From Ignavibacteria bacterium (GTDB lineage: Bacteria; Bacteroidota; Ignavibacteria; Ch128b): a DNA stretch of 64,000 bases. The DNA lies in the NCBI GenBank assembly GCA_016873845.1, contig VGVX01000005.1:2002-66001 (forward strand). The letters are read 5' to 3'. Below are positions 63,513 through 64,000 of the stretch, piece after piece (positions within the stretch are counted from its first letter, which is position 1; each line of letters begins with the position of its first letter). The translations under genes were made by a program, and so were the position numbers. A model generated the notes under the pieces. The model was not told the DNA's origin, ran no database searches, and saw nothing but the letters and a program-made list of their open reading frames with translations.

Positions 63513-64000
63513 TTATTTCGATTTTTCTGCCCAGATCTGCGATAGGTGAACGATCGTATCGACTGCTTTTTGCATATCTTGAACTGAAATCCATTCTAAC
63601 CTTGAATGAAACGCATGCCCGCCAGCAAAAATATTAGGACAAGGAAGTCCCATATAAGAAAGTCGTGATCCATCCGTTCCGCCTCGAATTAAATGAAGCT
63701 TGGGTTTTACTCCAGCTCGCTCAACTGCTTCTAAAGCATATTGAACTAAGTGAGGATGTTTGTCTAACACAAATCTCATGTTTCGATATGATTCCTGCAC
63801 TTCAAATTTGAATGAAGCTTTCGAATATTTTCCAACAATCTCCTTTGCAAGATCCTCAAGAAAAGCTTCTTTCTCTTTTAAGCCTGACTCTTCGAAATCA
63901 CGAATTAAAATTTTAATAATCGTTGAATCTACACCTCCATTAATAATATATGGATGAACATAACCTTCACGCATTTCGGTGGTTTCGGGAGAAAGCATGT
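63513..64000 (-). CDS. pepT: Peptidase T (tripeptide aminopeptidase, M20B). Only the C-terminal part is in the window and the gene continues beyond it.
   Basis: The PepT C-terminal consensus ...IRGGTDGSRLSYMGLPCPNIFAGGHAFHS is present. The reading frame reaches the window edge. Confidence 0.7.
   Translation of the reverse strand, partial: MLSPETTEMREGYVHPYIINGGVDSTIIKILIRDFEESGLKEKEAFLEDLAKEIVGKYSKASFKFEVQESYRNMRFVLDKHPHLVQYALEAVERAGVKPKLHLIRGGTDGSRLSYMGLPCPNIFAGGHAFHSRLEWISVQDMQKAVDTIVHLSQIWAEKSK

Overview
This is an AT-rich (about 33% GC) chromosomal segment with gene content typical of the Fibrobacteres-Chlorobi-Bacteroidetes (FCB) group, most like Ignavibacteria or Bacteroidota. The markers are a type IX secretion (T9SS) translocon gene sprA next to porX, a DUF4159/DUF4175 pair, two four-helix-bundle proteins of the 23S-rRNA intervening-sequence (IVS) type, and DUF1573/DUF1579 proteins. 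About 55 genes are densely packed and mostly housekeeping: accD, panC, argS, rsfS, tsaE/tsaB, secG, rpsU, surE, ald and one tRNA-Met.

Accessory content I can support from the sequence:
- A decayed type I restriction-modification locus (around 18.1-19.7 kb), in which an hsdM N-terminal fragment is fused through a nested palindromic insert to an hsdR C-terminal fragment.
- A 2.6-kb junkyard island at 59.1-61.8 kb holding a Phd/YefM-RelE/ParE toxin-antitoxin pair, two gene fragments, a frameshifted and truncated IS256-family transposase, and a duplicated copy of the 3' end of the neighbouring large gene.
- A TonB-dependent receptor gene interrupted by an in-frame TAA immediately after its signal peptide.
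- A light-response module: a class II cyclobutane pyrimidine dimer (CPD) photolyase followed by a CarH/LitR-like MerR regulator with a B12-binding domain.
- A palindromic motif, ATCCGTCA...TGACGGAT, that recurs at three loci.
- A GC-rich structured element of about 120 nt next to a bidirectional terminator after tRNA-Met-secG, which is a candidate small RNA.
- A four-helix-bundle gene cassette flanked by imperfect GT-rich/AC-rich inverted repeats, inserted between accD and panC.

I found no CRISPR array and no intact mobile element. I could not single out one complete novel system. The most unusual unexplained items are the palindromic element family and the degraded defence/TA/IS loci.
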